Source: Escherichia coli (GTDB lineage Bacteria > Pseudomonadota > Gammaproteobacteria > Enterobacterales > Enterobacteriaceae). Taken from it: 64,000 nt of DNA. The notes under the pieces were generated by a model, which worked only from the letters and a program-made list of their open reading frames with translations, did no database searches and had not been told where the DNA came from. Location of the stretch: assembly GCF_029227855.1 (NCBI RefSeq), contig NZ_CP074356.1. One strand, 5' to 3'. Below are positions 13,468 to 25,183 of the stretch, piece by piece. The stretch's first letter is position 1, and each line of letters starts with the position of its first letter. The translations under genes and the position numbers were made by a program.

Positions 13468-14046
13468 ATGGCCATAAAAGGTCTTGAGCAGGCCGTTGAA
13501 AACCTCAGCCGTATCAGCAAAACGGCGGTGCCTGGTGCCGCCGCAATGGCCATTAACCGCGTTGCTTCATCCGCGATATCGCAGTCGGCGTCACAGGTTG
13601 CCCGTGAGACAAAGGTACGCCGGAAACTGGTAAAGGAAAGGGCCAGGCTGAAAAGGGCCACGGTTAAAAATCCGCAGGCCAGAATCAGGGTTAACCGGGG
13701 GGATTTGCCCGTAATCAGGCTGGGTAATGCGCGGGTTGTCCTGTCCCGACGCAGGCGTCGTAAAAAGGGGCAGCGTTCATCCCTGAAAGGTGGCGGCAGC
13801 GTGCTTGTGGTGGGAAACCGTCGTATTCCCGGCGCGTTTATTCAGCAACTGAAAAATGGCCGGTGGCATGTTATGCAGCGTGTGGCCGGGAAAAACCGTT
13901 ACCCCATTGATGTGGTGAAAATCCCGATGGCGGTGCCACTGACCACGGCGTTTAAACAGAATATTGAACGGATACGGCGTGAGCGTCTTCCGAAAGAGCT
14001 GGGCTATGCGCTGCAGCATCAACTGAGAATGGTAATAAAGCGATGA
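13468..14046 (+). CDS. Z: Tail completion protein Z
   Basis: 192 aa. MAIKGLEQAVENLSRISKTAVPGAAAMAINRV... matches lambda gpZ. Confidence 0.92.
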   Translation: MAIKGLEQAVENLSRISKTAVPGAAAMAINRVASSAISQSASQVARETKVRRKLVKERARLKRATVKNPQARIRVNRGDLPVIRLGNARVVLSRRRRRKKGQRSSLKGGGSVLVVGNRRIPGAFIQQLKNGRWHVMQRVAGKNRYPIDVVKIPMAVPLTTAFKQNIERIRRERLPKELGYALQHQLRMVIKR

Positions 14047-14438
14047 AACATACTGAACTCCGTGCAGCCGTACTGGATGCACTGGAGAAGCATGACACCG
14101 GGGCGACGCTTTTTGATGGTCGCCCCGCTGTTTTTGATGAGGCGGATTTTCCGGCAATTGCCGTTTATCTCACCGGCGCTGAATACACGGGCGAAGAGCT
14201 GGACAGCGATACCTGGCAGGCGGAGCTGCATATTGAAGTTTTCCTGCCTGCTCAGGTGCCGGATTCAGAGCTGGATTCGTGGATGGAGTCCCGGATTTAT
14301 CCGGTGATGAGCGATGTCCCGGCACTGTCAGATTTGATCACCAGTATGGTGGCCAGTGGCTATGACTACCGGCGCGACGATGATGCGGGCCTGTGGAGTT
14401 CAGCCGATCTGACTTATGTCATTACCTATGAAATGTGA
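14043..14438 (+). CDS. U: Tail tube terminator protein U
   Basis: 131 aa. [33 protein letters not shown]... matches lambda gpU. Confidence 0.92.
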   Translation: MKHTELRAAVLDALEKHDTGATLFDGRPAVFDEADFPAIAVYLTGAEYTGEELDSDTWQAELHIEVFLPAQVPDSELDSWMESRIYPVMSDVPALSDLITSMVASGYDYRRDDDAGLWSSADLTYVITYEM

Positions 14439-14445
14439 GGACGCT

Positions 14446-15186
14446 ATGCCTGTACCAAATCCAGTAATGCCGGTGAAAGGGGCCGGGACCACACTGTGGG
14501 TTTATAAGGGGAACGGTGACCCTTATGCGAACCCGCTTTCAGACGTTGACTGGTCGCGTCTGGCTAAAGTTAAAGACCTGACGCCCGGCGAACTGACCGC
14601 TGAGTCCTATGACGACAGCTATCTCGATGATGAGGATGCGGACTGGACTGCGACCGGGCAGGGGCAGAAATCTGCCGGAGATACCAGCTTCACGCTGGCG
14701 TGGATGCCCGGAGAGCAGGGGCAGCAGGCGCTGCTGGCGTGGTTTAATGAAGGCGATACCCGTGCCTATAAAATCCGCTTCCCGAACGGCACGGTCGATG
14801 TGTTCCGTGGCTGGGTCAGCAGTATCGGTAAGGCGGTGACGGCGAAGGAAGTGATCACCCGCACGGTGAAAGTCACCAATGTGGGACGTCCGTCGATGGC
14901 AGAAGATCGCAGCATGGTAACAGCGGCAACCGGCATGACCGTGACGCCTGCCAGCACCTCGGTGGTGAAAGGGCAGAGCACCACGCTGACCGTGGCCTTC
15001 CAGCCGGAGGGCGTAACCGACAAGAGCTTTCGTGCGGTGTCTGCGGATAAAACAAAAGCCACCGTGTCGGTCAGTGGTATGACCATCACCGTGAACGGCG
15101 TTGCTGCAGGCAAGGTCAACATTCCGGTTGTATCCGGTAATGGTGAGTTTGCTGCGGTTGCAGAAATTACCGTCACCGCCAGTTAA
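14446..15186 (+). CDS. V: Major tail tube protein V
   Basis: 246 aa from the ATG at 14446. [22 protein letters not shown]...AEITVTAS matches lambda gpV, including the Ig-like C-terminus. Confidence 0.93.
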   Translation: MPVPNPVMPVKGAGTTLWVYKGNGDPYANPLSDVDWSRLAKVKDLTPGELTAESYDDSYLDDEDADWTATGQGQKSAGDTSFTLAWMPGEQGQQALLAWFNEGDTRAYKIRFPNGTVDVFRGWVSSIGKAVTAKEVITRTVKVTNVGRPSMAEDRSMVTAATGMTVTPASTSVVKGQSTTLTVAFQPEGVTDKSFRAVSADKTKATVSVSGMTITVNGVAAGKVNIPVVSGNGEFAAVAEITVTAS

Positions 15187-15201
15187 TCCGGAGAGTCAGC
15201 G

Positions 15202-15624
15202 ATGTTCCTGAAAACCGAATCATTTGAACATAACGGTGTGACCGTCACGCTTTCTGAACTGTCAGCCCTGCAGCGCATTGAGCATCTCGCCCTGATGAAA
15301 CGGCAGGCAGAACAGGCGGAGTCAGACAGCAACCGGAAGTTTACTGTGGAAGACGCCATCAGAACCGGCGCGTTTCTGGTGGCGATGTCCCTTTGGCATA
15401 ACCATCCGCAGAAGACGCAGATGCCGTCCATGAATGAAGCCGTTAAACAGATTGAGCAGGAAGTGCTTACCACCTGGCCCACGGAGGCAATTTCTCATGC
15501 TGAAAACGTGGTGTACCGGCTGTCCGGTATGTCTGAGTTTGTGGTGAATAATGCCCCTGAACAGACAGAGGACGCCGGGCCCGCAGAGCCTGTTTCTGCG
15601 GGAAAGTGTTCGACGGTGAGCTGA
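15202..15624 (+). CDS. G: Tail assembly chaperone G
   Basis: 140 aa. MFLKTESFEHNGVTVTLSELSALQRIEHLALMKRQ... matches lambda gpG. Confidence 0.92.
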   Translation: MFLKTESFEHNGVTVTLSELSALQRIEHLALMKRQAEQAESDSNRKFTVEDAIRTGAFLVAMSLWHNHPQKTQMPSMNEAVKQIEQEVLTTWPTEAISHAENVVYRLSGMSEFVVNNAPEQTEDAGPAEPVSAGKCSTVS

Positions 15625-16040
15625 GTTTTGCCCTGAAACTGGCGCGTGAGATGGGGCGACCCGACTGGCGTGCCATGCTTGCCGGGATGTCATCCACGGA
15701 GTATGCCGACTGGCACCGCTTTTACAGTACCCATTATTTTCATGATGTTCTGCTGGATATGCACTTTTCCGGGCTGACGTACACCGTGCTCAGCCTGTTT
15801 TTCAGCGATCCGGATATGCATCCGCTGGATTTCAGTCTGCTGAACCGGCGCGAGGCTGACGAAGAGCCTGAAGATGATGTGCTGATGCAGAAAGCGGCAG
15901 GGCTTGCCGGAGGTGTCCGCTTTGGCCCGGACGGGAATGAAGTTATCTCCGCTTCCCCGGATGTGGCGGACATGACGGAGGATGACGTAATGCTGATGAC
16001 AGTATCAGAAGGGATCGCAGGAGGAGTCCGGTATGGCTGA
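15202..16040 (+). CDS. T: Tail assembly chaperone fusion G-T (via -1 frameshift at 15600-15606)
   Basis: The T-frame ORF (15606-16040) reads ...LSFALKLAREMGRPDWRAMLAGMSSTEYADWHRFY..., matching lambda gpT. Confidence 0.85.
15600..15606 (+). other. Programmed -1 frameshift slippery heptamer G GGA AAG (G to G-T)
   Basis: GGGAAAG is in the correct phase of the G frame (codons GCG GGA AAG). The T frame is the -1 frame. Confidence 0.85.
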
Positions 16041-18594
16041 ACCGGTAGGCGATCTGGTCGTTGATTTGAGTCTGGATGCGGCCAGATTTGACGAGCAGAT
16101 GGCCAGAGTCAGGCGTCATTTTTCCGGTACGGAAAGTGATGCGAAAAAAACAGCGGCAGTCGTTGAACAGTCGCTGAGCCGACAGGCGCTGGCTGCACAG
16201 AAAGCGGGGATTTCCGTCGGGCAGTATAAAGCCGCCATGCGTATGCTGCCTGCACAGTTCACCGACGTGGCCACGCAGCTTGCAGGGGGGCAGAATCCGT
16301 GGCTCATCCTGCTGCAACAGGGGGGGCAGGTGAAGGACTCCTTCGGCGGGATGATCCCCATGTTCAGGGGGCTTGCCGGTGCGATCACCCTGCCGATGGT
16401 GGGGGCCACCTCGCTGGCGGTGGCGACCGGTGCACTGGCGTATGCCTGGTATCAGGGCAACTCAACCCTGTCCGATTTCAACAAAACGCTGGTCCTTTCC
16501 GGCAATCAGGCGGGACTGACGGCAGATCGTATGCTGGTCCTGTCCAGAGCCGGGCAGGCGGCAGGGCTGACGTTTAACCAGACCAGCGAGTCACTCAGCG
16601 CACTGGTTAAGGCGGGGGTAAGCGGTGAGGCTCAGATTGCGTCCATCAGCCAGAGTGTGGCGCGTTTCTCCTCTGCATCCGGCGTGGAGGTGGACAAGGT
16701 CGCTGAAGCCTTCGGGAAGCTGACCACAGACTCGACGTCGGGGCTGACGGCGATGGCACGCCAGTTCCATAACGTGACGGCGGAGCAGATTGCGTATGTT
16801 GCTCAGTTGCAGCGTTCCGGCGATGAAGCCGGGGCATTGCAGGCGGCGAACGAGGCCGCAACGAAAGGGTTTGATGACCAGACCCGCCGCCTGAAAGAGA
16901 ACATGGGCACGCTGGAGACCTGGGCAGACAGGACTGCGCGGGCATTCAAATCCATGTGGGATGCGGTGCTGGATATTGGTCGTCCTGATACCGCGCAGGA
17001 GATGCTGATTAAGGCAGAGGCTGCGTTTAAGAAAGCAGACGACATCTGGAATCTGCGCAAGGATGATTATTTTGTTAACGATGAAGCGCGGGCGCGTTAC
17101 TGGGATGATCGTGAAAAGGCCCGTCTTGCGCTTGAAGCCGCCCGAAAGAAGGCTGAGCAGCAGACTCAACAGGACAAAAATGCGCAGCAGCAGAGCGATA
17201 CCGAAGCGTCACGGCTGAAATATACCGAAGAGGCGCAGAAGGCTTACGAACGGCTGCAGACGCCGCTGGAGAAATATACCGCCCGTCAGGAAGAACTGAA
17301 CAAGGCACTGAAAGACGGGAAAATCCTGCAGGCGGATTACAACACGCTGATGGCGGCGGCGAAAAAGGATTATGAAGCGACGCTGAAAAAGCCGAAACAG
17401 TCCGGCGTGAAGGTGTCTGCGGGCGATCGTCAGGAAGACAGTGCTCATGCTGCCCTGCTGACGCTTCAGGCAGAACTCCGGACGCTGGAGAAGCATGCCG
17501 GAGCAAATGAGAAAATCAGCCAGCAGCGCCGGGATTTGTGGAAGGCGGAGAGTCAGTTCGCGGTACTGGAGGAGGCGGCGCAACGTCGCCAGCTGTCTGC
17601 ACAGGAGAAATCCCTGCTGGCGCATAAAGATGAGACGCTGGAGTACAAACGCCAGCTTGCTGCACTTGGCGACAAGGTTACGTATCAGGAGCGCCTGAAC
17701 GCGCTGGCGCAGCAGGCGGATAAATTCGCACAGCAGCAACGGGCAAAACGGGCCGCCATTGATGCGAAAAGCCGGGGGCTGACTGACCGGCAGGCAGAAC
17801 GGGAAGCCACGGAACAGCGCCTGAAGGAACAGTATGGCGATAATCCGCTGGCGCTGAATAACGTCATGTCAGAGCAGAAAAAGACCTGGGCGGCTGAAGA
17901 CCAGCTTCGCGGGAACTGGATGGCAGGCCTGAAGTCCGGCTGGAGTGAGTGGGAAGAGAGCGCCACGGACAGTATGTCGCAGGTAAAAAGTGCAGCCACG
18001 CAGACCTTTGATGGTATTGCACAGAATATGGCGGCGATGCTGACCGGCAGTGAGCAGAACTGGCGCAGCTTCACCCGTTCCGTGCTGTCCATGATGACAG
18101 AAATTCTGCTTAAGCAGGCAATGGTGGGGATTGTCGGGAGTATCGGCAGCGCCATTGGCGGGGCTGTTGGTGGCGGCGCATCCGCGTCAGGCAGTACAGC
18201 CATTCAGGCCGCTGCGGCGAAATTCCATTTTGCAACCGGAGGATTTACGGGAACCGGCGGCAAATATGAGCCAGCGGGGATTGTTCACCGTGGTGAGTTT
18301 GTCTTCACGAAGGAGGCAACCAGCCGGATTGGCGTGGGGAATCTTTACCGGCTGATGCGCGGCTATGCCACTGGTGGTTATGTCGGTGGCACCGGAAGTC
18401 CGGCACAAATGCGGCGTTCAGAGGGTATCAGATTTGAGCAGAACAACAACGTGGTGATTCAGAACGACGGTACGAATGGTCTGCCAGGTCCACAGATGCT
18501 GAAGGCGGTGTATGACATGGCCCGCAAGGGTGCCCGTGATGAAATTCAGGCACAGATGCGTGATGGTGGTCTGTTCTCCGGAGGTGGACGATGA
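16033..18594 (+). CDS. H: Tape measure protein H
   Basis: 853 aa, the same length as lambda gpH. MAEPVGDLVVDLSLDAARFDEQMARVRRHF... Confidence 0.93.
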   Translation: MAEPVGDLVVDLSLDAARFDEQMARVRRHFSGTESDAKKTAAVVEQSLSRQALAAQKAGISVGQYKAAMRMLPAQFTDVATQLAGGQNPWLILLQQGGQVKDSFGGMIPMFRGLAGAITLPMVGATSLAVATGALAYAWYQGNSTLSDFNKTLVLSGNQAGLTADRMLVLSRAGQAAGLTFNQTSESLSALVKAGVSGEAQIASISQSVARFSSASGVEVDKVAEAFGKLTTDSTSGLTAMARQFHNVTAEQIAYVAQLQRSGDEAGALQAANEAATKGFDDQTRRLKENMGTLETWADRTARAFKSMWDAVLDIGRPDTAQEMLIKAEAAFKKADDIWNLRKDDYFVNDEARARYWDDREKARLALEAARKKAEQQTQQDKNAQQQSDTEASRLKYTEEAQKAYERLQTPLEKYTARQEELNKALKDGKILQADYNTLMAAAKKDYEATLKKPKQSGVKVSAGDRQEDSAHAALLTLQAELRTLEKHAGANEKISQQRRDLWKAESQFAVLEEAAQRRQLSAQEKSLLAHKDETLEYKRQLAALGDKVTYQERLNALAQQADKFAQQQRAKRAAIDAKSRGLTDRQAEREATEQRLKEQYGDNPLALNNVMSEQKKTWAAEDQLRGNWMAGLKSGWSEWEESATDSMSQVKSAATQTFDGIAQNMAAMLTGSEQNWRSFTRSVLSMMTEILLKQAMVGIVGSIGSAIGGAVGGGASASGSTAIQAAAAKFHFATGGFTGTGGKYEPAGIVHRGEFVFTKEATSRIGVGNLYRLMRGYATGGYVGGTGSPAQMRRSEGIRFEQNNNVVIQNDGTNGLPGPQMLKAVYDMARKGARDEIQAQMRDGGLFSGGGR

Positions 18595-18920
18595 AAACCT
18601 TCCGCTGGAAAGTGAAACCCGGTATGGATGTGGCTTCGGCCCCTTCCGTAAGAAAGGTGCGCTTTGGTGATGGCTATTCCCAGCGAGCGCCTGCCGGGCT
18701 GAACGCTGACCTGAAAACGTACAGCGTGACGCTTTCTGTTCACCGTTGGGAGGCCACGGCGCTGGAGTCGTTTCTGGCTGAGCACGGGGGCTGGAAGGCC
18801 TTTCTGTGGACGCCGCCTTATGAGTGGCGGCAGATAAAGGTGACCTGCGCAAAATGGACGTCGCGGGTCAGTATGCTGCGTGTTGAGTTCAGCGCAGAGT
18901 TTGAACAGGTGGTGAACTGA
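18591..18920 (+). CDS. M: Tail tip protein M
   Basis: 109 aa. MKTFRWKVKPGMDVASAPSVRKVRFGDGYSQ... Confidence 0.92.
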   Translation: MKTFRWKVKPGMDVASAPSVRKVRFGDGYSQRAPAGLNADLKTYSVTLSVHRWEATALESFLAEHGGWKAFLWTPPYEWRQIKVTCAKWTSRVSMLRVEFSAEFEQVVN

Positions 18921-19618
18921 TGCAGGATATCCGGCAGGAAACACTGAATGAATGCACCCGTGCGGAGCAGTCGGCCAGCGTGGTGCTCTGGGAAATCGAT
19001 CTGACAGAGGTCGGTGGAGAACGTTATTTTTTCTGTAATGAGCAGAACGAAAAAGGTGAGCCGGTCACCTGGCAGGGGCGGCAGTATCTGGCGTATCCCA
19101 TTCAGGGGAGTGGTTTTGAACTGAATGGCAAAGGCACCAGTACGCGCCCCATGCTGGCAGTCTCTAACCTGTACGGCATGGTCACCGGGATGGCGGAAGA
19201 CCTGCAGAGTCTGGTCGGCGGAACGGTGGTCAGGCGTAAGGTTTACGCCCGTTTTCTGGATGCGGTGAACTTCGTCAACGGAAACAGCGATGCCGATCCG
19301 GAGCAGGAGGTGATCAGCCGCTGGCGCATCGAACAGTGCAGCGAACTGAGCGCGGTCAGTGCCTCTTTTGTACTGTCCACACCGACGGAAACGGACGGCG
19401 CTGTTTTTCCGGGGCGCATCATGCTGGCCAACACCTGCACCTGGACCTATCGCGGTGATGAGTGCGGTTATAACGGTCCGGCGGTCGCGGATGAATATGA
19501 CCAGCCGACGTCCGATATCACGAAGGATAAATGCAGCAAATGCCTGAGTGGCTGTAAGTTTCGCAATAATGTCGGCAACTTTGGCGGCTTCCTTTCCATT
19601 AACAAACTTTCGCAGTAA
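18920..19618 (+). CDS. L: Tail tip protein L
   Basis: 232 aa. MQDIRQETLNECTRAEQSASVVLWEIDLTEVGGERYFFCNE... Confidence 0.92.
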   Translation: MQDIRQETLNECTRAEQSASVVLWEIDLTEVGGERYFFCNEQNEKGEPVTWQGRQYLAYPIQGSGFELNGKGTSTRPMLAVSNLYGMVTGMAEDLQSLVGGTVVRRKVYARFLDAVNFVNGNSDADPEQEVISRWRIEQCSELSAVSASFVLSTPTETDGAVFPGRIMLANTCTWTYRGDECGYNGPAVADEYDQPTSDITKDKCSKCLSGCKFRNNVGNFGGFLSINKLSQ

Positions 19619-19623
19619 ATCCC

Positions 19624-20367
19624 ATGACAGAGACAGAATCAGCGATTCTGGCGCACGCCCGGCGATGTGCGCCAGCGGAGTCGTGCGGCTTCGTGGTGAG
19701 AACGCCGGAAGGGGAAAGATATTTTCCCTGCGTGAATATCTCCGGTGAGCCGGAGGCGTATTTCCGGATGTCGCCGGAGGACTGGCTGCGGGCAGAGATG
19801 CAGGGTGAGATTGTGGCGCTGGTCCACAGCCACCCCGGTGGCCTGCCCTGGCTGAGTGAGGCTGACAGGCGGCTGCAGGTGCAGAGCGATTTGCCTTGGT
19901 GGCTGGTCTGCCGGGGTGAGATTCATAAATTCCGCTGTGTGCCGCATCTTACCGGGCGGCGCTTTGAGCACGGGGCGACGGACTGTTACACGCTGTTCCG
20001 GGATGCTTATCATCTGGCGGGGATTGAGATGCCGGACTTTCATCGTGAGGATGACTGGTGGTGTAACGGCCAGAATCTCTATCTGGATAATCTGGAGGCC
20101 ACAGGGCTGTATCAGGTGCCGTTGTCAGCGGCGCAGCCGGGCGATGTGCTGCTGTGCTGTTTTGGTTCATCGGTGCCGAATCATGCCGCCATTTACTGCG
20201 GCGACGGTGAGCTGTTGCACCATATTCCTGAACAACTGAGCAAACGAGAGAGGTATACCGACAAATGGCAGCGACGCACACACTCCCTCTGGCGTCACCG
20301 GGCATGGCACGCATCTGCCTTTACGGGGATTTACAACGATTTGGCCGCCGCATCGACCTTCGTGTAA
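19624..20367 (+). CDS. K: Tail tip assembly protein K (JAB/MPN plus NlpC/P60-like)
   Basis: MTETESAILAHARRCAPAESCGFVV...HSHPGG...TDCYTLFRDAYH matches lambda gpK. The exact start was not verified. Confidence 0.85.
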   Translation: MTETESAILAHARRCAPAESCGFVVRTPEGERYFPCVNISGEPEAYFRMSPEDWLRAEMQGEIVALVHSHPGGLPWLSEADRRLQVQSDLPWWLVCRGEIHKFRCVPHLTGRRFEHGATDCYTLFRDAYHLAGIEMPDFHREDDWWCNGQNLYLDNLEATGLYQVPLSAAQPGDVLLCCFGSSVPNHAAIYCGDGELLHHIPEQLSKRERYTDKWQRRTHSLWRHRAWHASAFTGIYNDLAAASTFV

Positions 20368-20912
20368 AAACGGGGGCTGAAGCCATCCGGGCGTTGTCCA
20401 CACAGCTCCCGGCGTTTCGTCAGGAACTGAATGACGGCTGGTATCAGGTGCGCATTGCCGGGCGTGATGCAGGTGAAACCGAATTATCTGCCCGTCTTAA
20501 TGAGCCGCTGGCAAATGGTGCCGTGATCCACATCGTGCCGCGTCTGGCGGGAGCTAAAAGTGGCGGTGTGTTTCAGGTGGTGCTGGGGGCGGCGCTGATT
20601 GCGGTGGCATGGTGGAACCCTGTGGGCTGGCTGGGAGCCGCGGCTGTATCGGGTATGTATGCGGCAGGGGCCAGTATGATCCTGGGCGGAGTGGCGCAGA
20701 TGCTGGCACCGAAAGCCAGGACGCCCACGGCAGCAAGTACAGATAACGGCAAACAGAACACCTATTTCTCCTCACTGGATAACATGGTTGCCCAGGGCAA
20801 TGTTCTGCCCGTTCTGTACGGTGAAATGCGCGTGGGGTCGCGGGTGGTCTCTCAGGAGATCAGCACGGCAGACGAAGGGGATGGTGGTCAGGTTGTGGTG
20901 ATTGGCCGCTGA
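20265..20912 (+). CDS. I: Tail tip assembly protein I
   Basis: MAATHTLPLASPGMARICLYGDLQRFGRRIDLRVKTG...GGQVVVIGR. Overlaps the K 3' end as in lambda. The central Gly/Ala-rich region differs from lambda. Confidence 0.88.
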   Translation: MAATHTLPLASPGMARICLYGDLQRFGRRIDLRVKTGAEAIRALSTQLPAFRQELNDGWYQVRIAGRDAGETELSARLNEPLANGAVIHIVPRLAGAKSGGVFQVVLGAALIAVAWWNPVGWLGAAAVSGMYAAGASMILGGVAQMLAPKARTPTAASTDNGKQNTYFSSLDNMVAQGNVLPVLYGEMRVGSRVVSQEISTADEGDGGQVVVIGR

Positions 20913-20972
20913 TGCAAAATATTTCATGTGAAACCGCCTCCGGGCGGTTTTGTCGTTTATGGAGTATGACGA

Positions 20973-23900
20973 ATGGGCAAAGGAAGCAGTAAGGGGCATA
21001 CCCCGCGCGAAGCGAAGGACAACCTGAAGTCCACGCAACTGCTGAGTGTGATTGATGCCATCAGCGAAGGGCCGATTGAAGGTCCGGTGGATGGATTAAA
21101 AAGCGTGCTGCTGAACAGTACGCCAGTGCTGGACACTGAGGGGAATACCAACATCTCCGGCGTCACGGTGGTGTTCCGGGCCGGTGAGCAGGAGCAGACA
21201 CCGCCGGAGGGATTTGAATCCTCCGGCTCCGAGACGGTGCTGGGTACGGAAGTGAAATACGACACGCCGATCACCCGGACCATCACGTCGGCAAACATTG
21301 ACCGACTGCGTTTTACCTTCGGCGTGCAGGCACTGGTGGAAACCACCTCAAAGGGGGACAGGAATCCGTCGGAAGTCCGCCTGCTGGTTCAGATACAACG
21401 TAACGGTGGCTGGGTGACGGAAAAAGACATCACCATTAAAGGCAAAACCACCTCACAGTATCTGGCCTCGGTGGTGGTGGGTAACCTGCCGCCGCGCCCG
21501 TTCAATATCCGGATGCGCAGGATGACGCCGGACAGCACCACAGACCAACTGCAGAACAAAACGCTCTGGTCGTCATACACCGAAATCATCGATGTGAAAC
21601 AGTGCTACCCGAACACGGCACTGGTTGGCGTGCAGGTGGACTCGGAGCAGTTCGGCAGCCAGCAGGTGAGCCGTAATTATCATCTTCGCGGGCGCATTCT
21701 GCAGGTGCCGTCGAACTATAACCCGCAGACGCGGCAATACAGCGGTATCTGGGACGGAACGTTAAAACCGGCATACAGCAACAACATGGCCTGGTGTCTG
21801 TGGGATATGCTGACCCATCCGCGCTACGGCATGGGGAAACGTCTTGGTGCGGCGGATGTGGATAAATGGGCGCTGTATGTCATCGGCCAGAATTGCGACC
21901 AGTCAGTGCCGGACGGCTTTGGCGGCACGGAGCCACGCATCACCTGTAATGCATACCTGGCCACACAGCGCAAGGCGTGGGATGTGCTCAGTGATTTCTG
22001 CTCGGCGATGCGCTGTATGCCGGTATGGAACGGGCAGACGCTGACGTTCGTGCAGGACCGACCGTCCGATAAGGTGTGGACCTATAACCGCAGTAATGTG
22101 GTGATGCCGGATGATGGCGCGCCGTTCCGCTACAGCTTCAGCGCCCTGAAGGACCGCCATAATGCCGTTGAGGTGAACTGGATTGACCCGGATAACGGCT
22201 GGGAGACGGCGACAGAGCTTGTGGAGGACACGCAGGCCATTGCCCGTTACGGTCGTAACGTCACGAAAATGGATGCTTTTGGCTGTACCAGCCGGGGGCA
22301 GGCACACCGCGCCGGGCTGTGGCTGATTAAAACGGAGCTGCTGGAAACGCAGACCGTGGACTTCAGCGTGGGCGCAGAAGGGCTGCGCCATGTACCGGGT
22401 GATGTTATTGAAATCTGCGATGATGACTATGCGGGGATCAGCATTGGCGGGCGCGTGCTGGCGGTGAACAGCCAGACCCGGACGCTGACGCTCGACCGTG
22501 AAATCACGCTGCCATCCTCCGGTACCACGCTGATAAGCCTGGTTGACGGAAGTGGCAATCCGGTCAGCGTGGAGGTTCAGTCCGTCACCGACGGCGTGAA
22601 GGTAAAAGTGAGCCGTGTTCCTGACGGCGTTGCCGGATACAGCGTATGGGGGCTGAAGCTGCCGACGCTGCGCCAGCGCCTGTTCCGCTGCGTGAGTATC
22701 CGTGAGAACGACGACGGCACGTATGCCATCACCGCCGTGCAGCATGTGCCGGAAAAAGAGGCCATCGTGGATAACGGGGCGCACTTTGACGGCGAACAGA
22801 GTGGCACGGTGAATGGTGTCACGCCGCCAGCGGTGCAGCACCTGACCGCAGAAGTCACTGCAGACAGCGGGGAATATCAGGTGCTGGCGCGATGGGACAC
22901 ACCGAAGGTGGTGAAGGGCGTGAGCTTCCTGCTCCGTCTGACCGTAACAGCGGACGACGGCAGTGAGCGGCTGGTCAGCACGGCCCGGACGACGGAAACA
23001 ACATACCGCTTCAGGCAGCTGGCGCTGGGGAACTACAGGCTGACAGTCCGGGCAGTAAATGCCTGGGGGCAGCAGGGAGACCCGGCGTCGGTATCGTTCC
23101 GGATTGCCGCACCGGCAGCGCCGTCACAGATTGAGCTGACTCCGGGCTATTTTCAGATAACCGCCACGCCGCATCTTGCGGTTTATGATCCGACGGTACA
23201 GTTTGAGTTCTGGTTCTCGGAAAAGCGGATTGCGGATATCAGGCAGGTTGAAACCACAGCACGCTATCTTGGCACGGCGCTGTACTGGATAGCCGCCAGT
23301 ATCAATATCAAACCGGGCCATGATTATTATTTTTACATCCGCAGTGTGAACACCGTTGGCAAATCGGCATTTGTGGAGGCTGTTGGCCAGCCGAGTGATG
23401 ATGCATCCGGCTATCTGAATTTTTTCAAAGGAGAGATAGGGAAAACCCATCTGGCTCAGGAGCTGTGGACGCAGATTGATAACGGTCAGCTTGCGCCTGA
23501 CCTGGCGGAAATCAGAACGTCCATCACGGATGTCAGTAATGAAATCACGCAGACCGTCAATAAGAAACTGGAAGACCAGAGTGCGGCAATCCAGCAGATA
23601 CAGAAGGTTCAGGTTGATACAAATAATAACCTGAACAGCATGTGGGCTGTGAAGCTGCAGCAGATGCAGGACGGACGCCTTTATATCGCGGGTATTGGTG
23701 CCGGTATTGAGAATACCCCTGACGGTATGCAGAGTCAGGTGCTGCTGGCGGCGGACAGGATTGCGATGATTAATCCTGCGAATGGCAACACAAAACCGAT
23801 GTTTGTTGGTCAGGGCGATCAGATATTCATGAACGAAGTGTTCCTGAAATATCTGACGGCTCCCACCATTACCAGCGGCGGTAATCCTCCGGCATTTTCC

Positions 23901-24452
23901 CTGACACCGGACGGGCGGCTGACGGCGAAAAATGCCGATATTAGCGGTAACGTGAATGCGAACTCCGGGACGCTCAACAACGTCACGATTAACGAGAACT
24001 GCCGGGTTCTGGGAAAACTGTCCGCGAACCAGATTGAAGGCGATCTCGTTAAAACAGTGGGCAAAGCTTTCCCCCGGGACTCCCGTGCACCGGAACGGTG
24101 GCCATCAGGGACCATTACCGTCAGGGTTTATGACGATCAGCCGTTTGACCGGCAGATTGTTATTCCGGCGGTGGCATTCAGCGGCGCTAAACATGAGAGA
24201 GAGCATACTGATATTTACTCCTCATGCCGTCTGATAGTGCGGAAAAACGGTGCTGAAATTTATAACCGTACCGCGCTGGATAATACGCTGATTTACAGTG
24301 GCGTTATTGATATGCCTGCCGGTCACGGTCACATGACGCTGGAGTTTTCGGTGTCAGCATGGCTGGTAAATGACTGGTATCCCACAGCAAGTATCAGCGA
24401 TCTGCTGGTTGTGGTGATGAAGAAAGCCACCGCAGGCATCAGTATCAGCTGA
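20973..24452 (+). CDS. J: Central tail fibre / host specificity protein J
   Basis: 1159 aa. [37 protein letters not shown]... The lambda-like C-terminus reads ...[38 protein letters not shown]. Confidence 0.93.
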   Translation: MGKGSSKGHTPREAKDNLKSTQLLSVIDAISEGPIEGPVDGLKSVLLNSTPVLDTEGNTNISGVTVVFRAGEQEQTPPEGFESSGSETVLGTEVKYDTPITRTITSANIDRLRFTFGVQALVETTSKGDRNPSEVRLLVQIQRNGGWVTEKDITIKGKTTSQYLASVVVGNLPPRPFNIRMRRMTPDSTTDQLQNKTLWSSYTEIIDVKQCYPNTALVGVQVDSEQFGSQQVSRNYHLRGRILQVPSNYNPQTRQYSGIWDGTLKPAYSNNMAWCLWDMLTHPRYGMGKRLGAADVDKWALYVIGQNCDQSVPDGFGGTEPRITCNAYLATQRKAWDVLSDFCSAMRCMPVWNGQTLTFVQDRPSDKVWTYNRSNVVMPDDGAPFRYSFSALKDRHNAVEVNWIDPDNGWETATELVEDTQAIARYGRNVTKMDAFGCTSRGQAHRAGLWLIKTELLETQTVDFSVGAEGLRHVPGDVIEICDDDYAGISIGGRVLAVNSQTRTLTLDREITLPSSGTTLISLVDGSGNPVSVEVQSVTDGVKVKVSRVPDGVAGYSVWGLKLPTLRQRLFRCVSIRENDDGTYAITAVQHVPEKEAIVDNGAHFDGEQSGTVNGVTPPAVQHLTAEVTADSGEYQVLARWDTPKVVKGVSFLLRLTVTADDGSERLVSTARTTETTYRFRQLALGNYRLTVRAVNAWGQQGDPASVSFRIAAPAAPSQIELTPGYFQITATPHLAVYDPTVQFEFWFSEKRIADIRQVETTARYLGTALYWIAASINIKPGHDYYFYIRSVNTVGKSAFVEAVGQPSDDASGYLNFFKGEIGKTHLAQELWTQIDNGQLAPDLAEIRTSITDVSNEITQTVNKKLEDQSAAIQQIQKVQVDTNNNLNSMWAVKLQQMQDGRLYIAGIGAGIENTPDGMQSQVLLAADRIAMINPANGNTKPMFVGQGDQIFMNEVFLKYLTAPTITSGGNPPAFSLTPDGRLTAKNADISGNVNANSGTLNNVTINENCRVLGKLSANQIEGDLVKTVGKAFPRDSRAPERWPSGTITVRVYDDQPFDRQIVIPAVAFSGAKHEREHTDIYSSCRLIVRKNGAEIYNRTALDNTLIYSGVIDMPAGHGHMTLEFSVSAWLVNDWYPTASISDLLVVVMKKATAGISIS

Positions 24453-24470
24453 ATTTTATAACCCATATAC

Positions 24471-24495
24471 GGGCGCCAGAAATGGCGCCTTTTTT
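24471..24495 (+). terminator. Rho-independent terminator after J
   Basis: GGGCGCC ... GGCGCC followed by T6 (24490-24495). Confidence 0.6.
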
Positions 24496-24519
24496 ATTGC
24501 AGAAAAGCGAGAGGTAATT

Positions 24520-25119
24520 ATGCGTAAAGTTTGTGCCGCCATTTTTTCCGCAGCCATTTGTCTGGCCGTATCCGGTGCGCCTGCATGGGCATCTGAACAT
24601 CAGTCCACGCTGAGCGCGGGGTATCTTCATGCCTCGACGAACGTTCCCGGCAGCGATGATCTGAACGGGATTAACGTGAAATACCGTTATGAGTTTACGG
24701 ACACACTGGGGATGGTGACGTCATTCAGCTATGCAGGAGACAAGAATCGCCAGCTTACCCGTTACAGCGATACCCGCTGGCATGAAGATTCCGTGCGTAA
24801 CCGCTGGTTCAGCGTGATGGTGGGGCCGTCTGTGCGCGTGAATGAATGGTTCAGCGCGTATGCGATGGCGGGTATGGCTTACAGCCGTGTTTCGACTTTC
24901 TCCGGAGATTATATCCGCGTAACTGACAACAAGGGGAAAACGCACGATGTGCTGACCGGAAGTGATGACGGTCGCCACAGCGACACGTCTCTGGCATGGG
25001 GGGCTGGCGTGCAGTTTAACCCGACCGAATCCGTGGCCATTGATATTGCTTATGAAGGTTCCGGCAGTGGCGACTGGCGCACTGACGGTTTCATCGTGGG
25101 TGTCGGTTATAAATTCTGA
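24520..25119 (+). CDS. lom: Outer membrane beta-barrel protein Lom (Ail/Lom family)
   Basis: 199 aa with a signal peptide ([24 protein letters not shown]) and the terminal sequence ...FIVGVGYKF. Confidence 0.92.
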
Positions 25120-25145
25120 TTAGCCAGATAACACAGTGTTATGAC

Positions 25146-25172
25146 AGCCCGCCGGTTCAGGCGGGCTTTTTT
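25146..25172 (+). terminator. Rho-independent terminator after lom
   Basis: AGCCCGCC (25146-25153) pairs with GGCGGGCT (25160-25167), followed by a T-run. Confidence 0.7.
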
Positions 25173-25183
25173 GTGGAGTGGAT

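Noticed and set aside
16591-18203. Several 140-190-aa minus-strand ORFs inside tape-measure gene H (16591-17169, 17075-17506, 17209-17739, 17685-18203)
   Set aside because: They are shadow ORFs antisense to a full-length, lambda-identical H gene. Their Arg/Pro/Ser-rich composition is typical of antisense GC-rich coding DNA.
21903-22841. 312-aa minus-strand ORF inside J
   Set aside because: It is antisense to the intact J gene and has no independent features.
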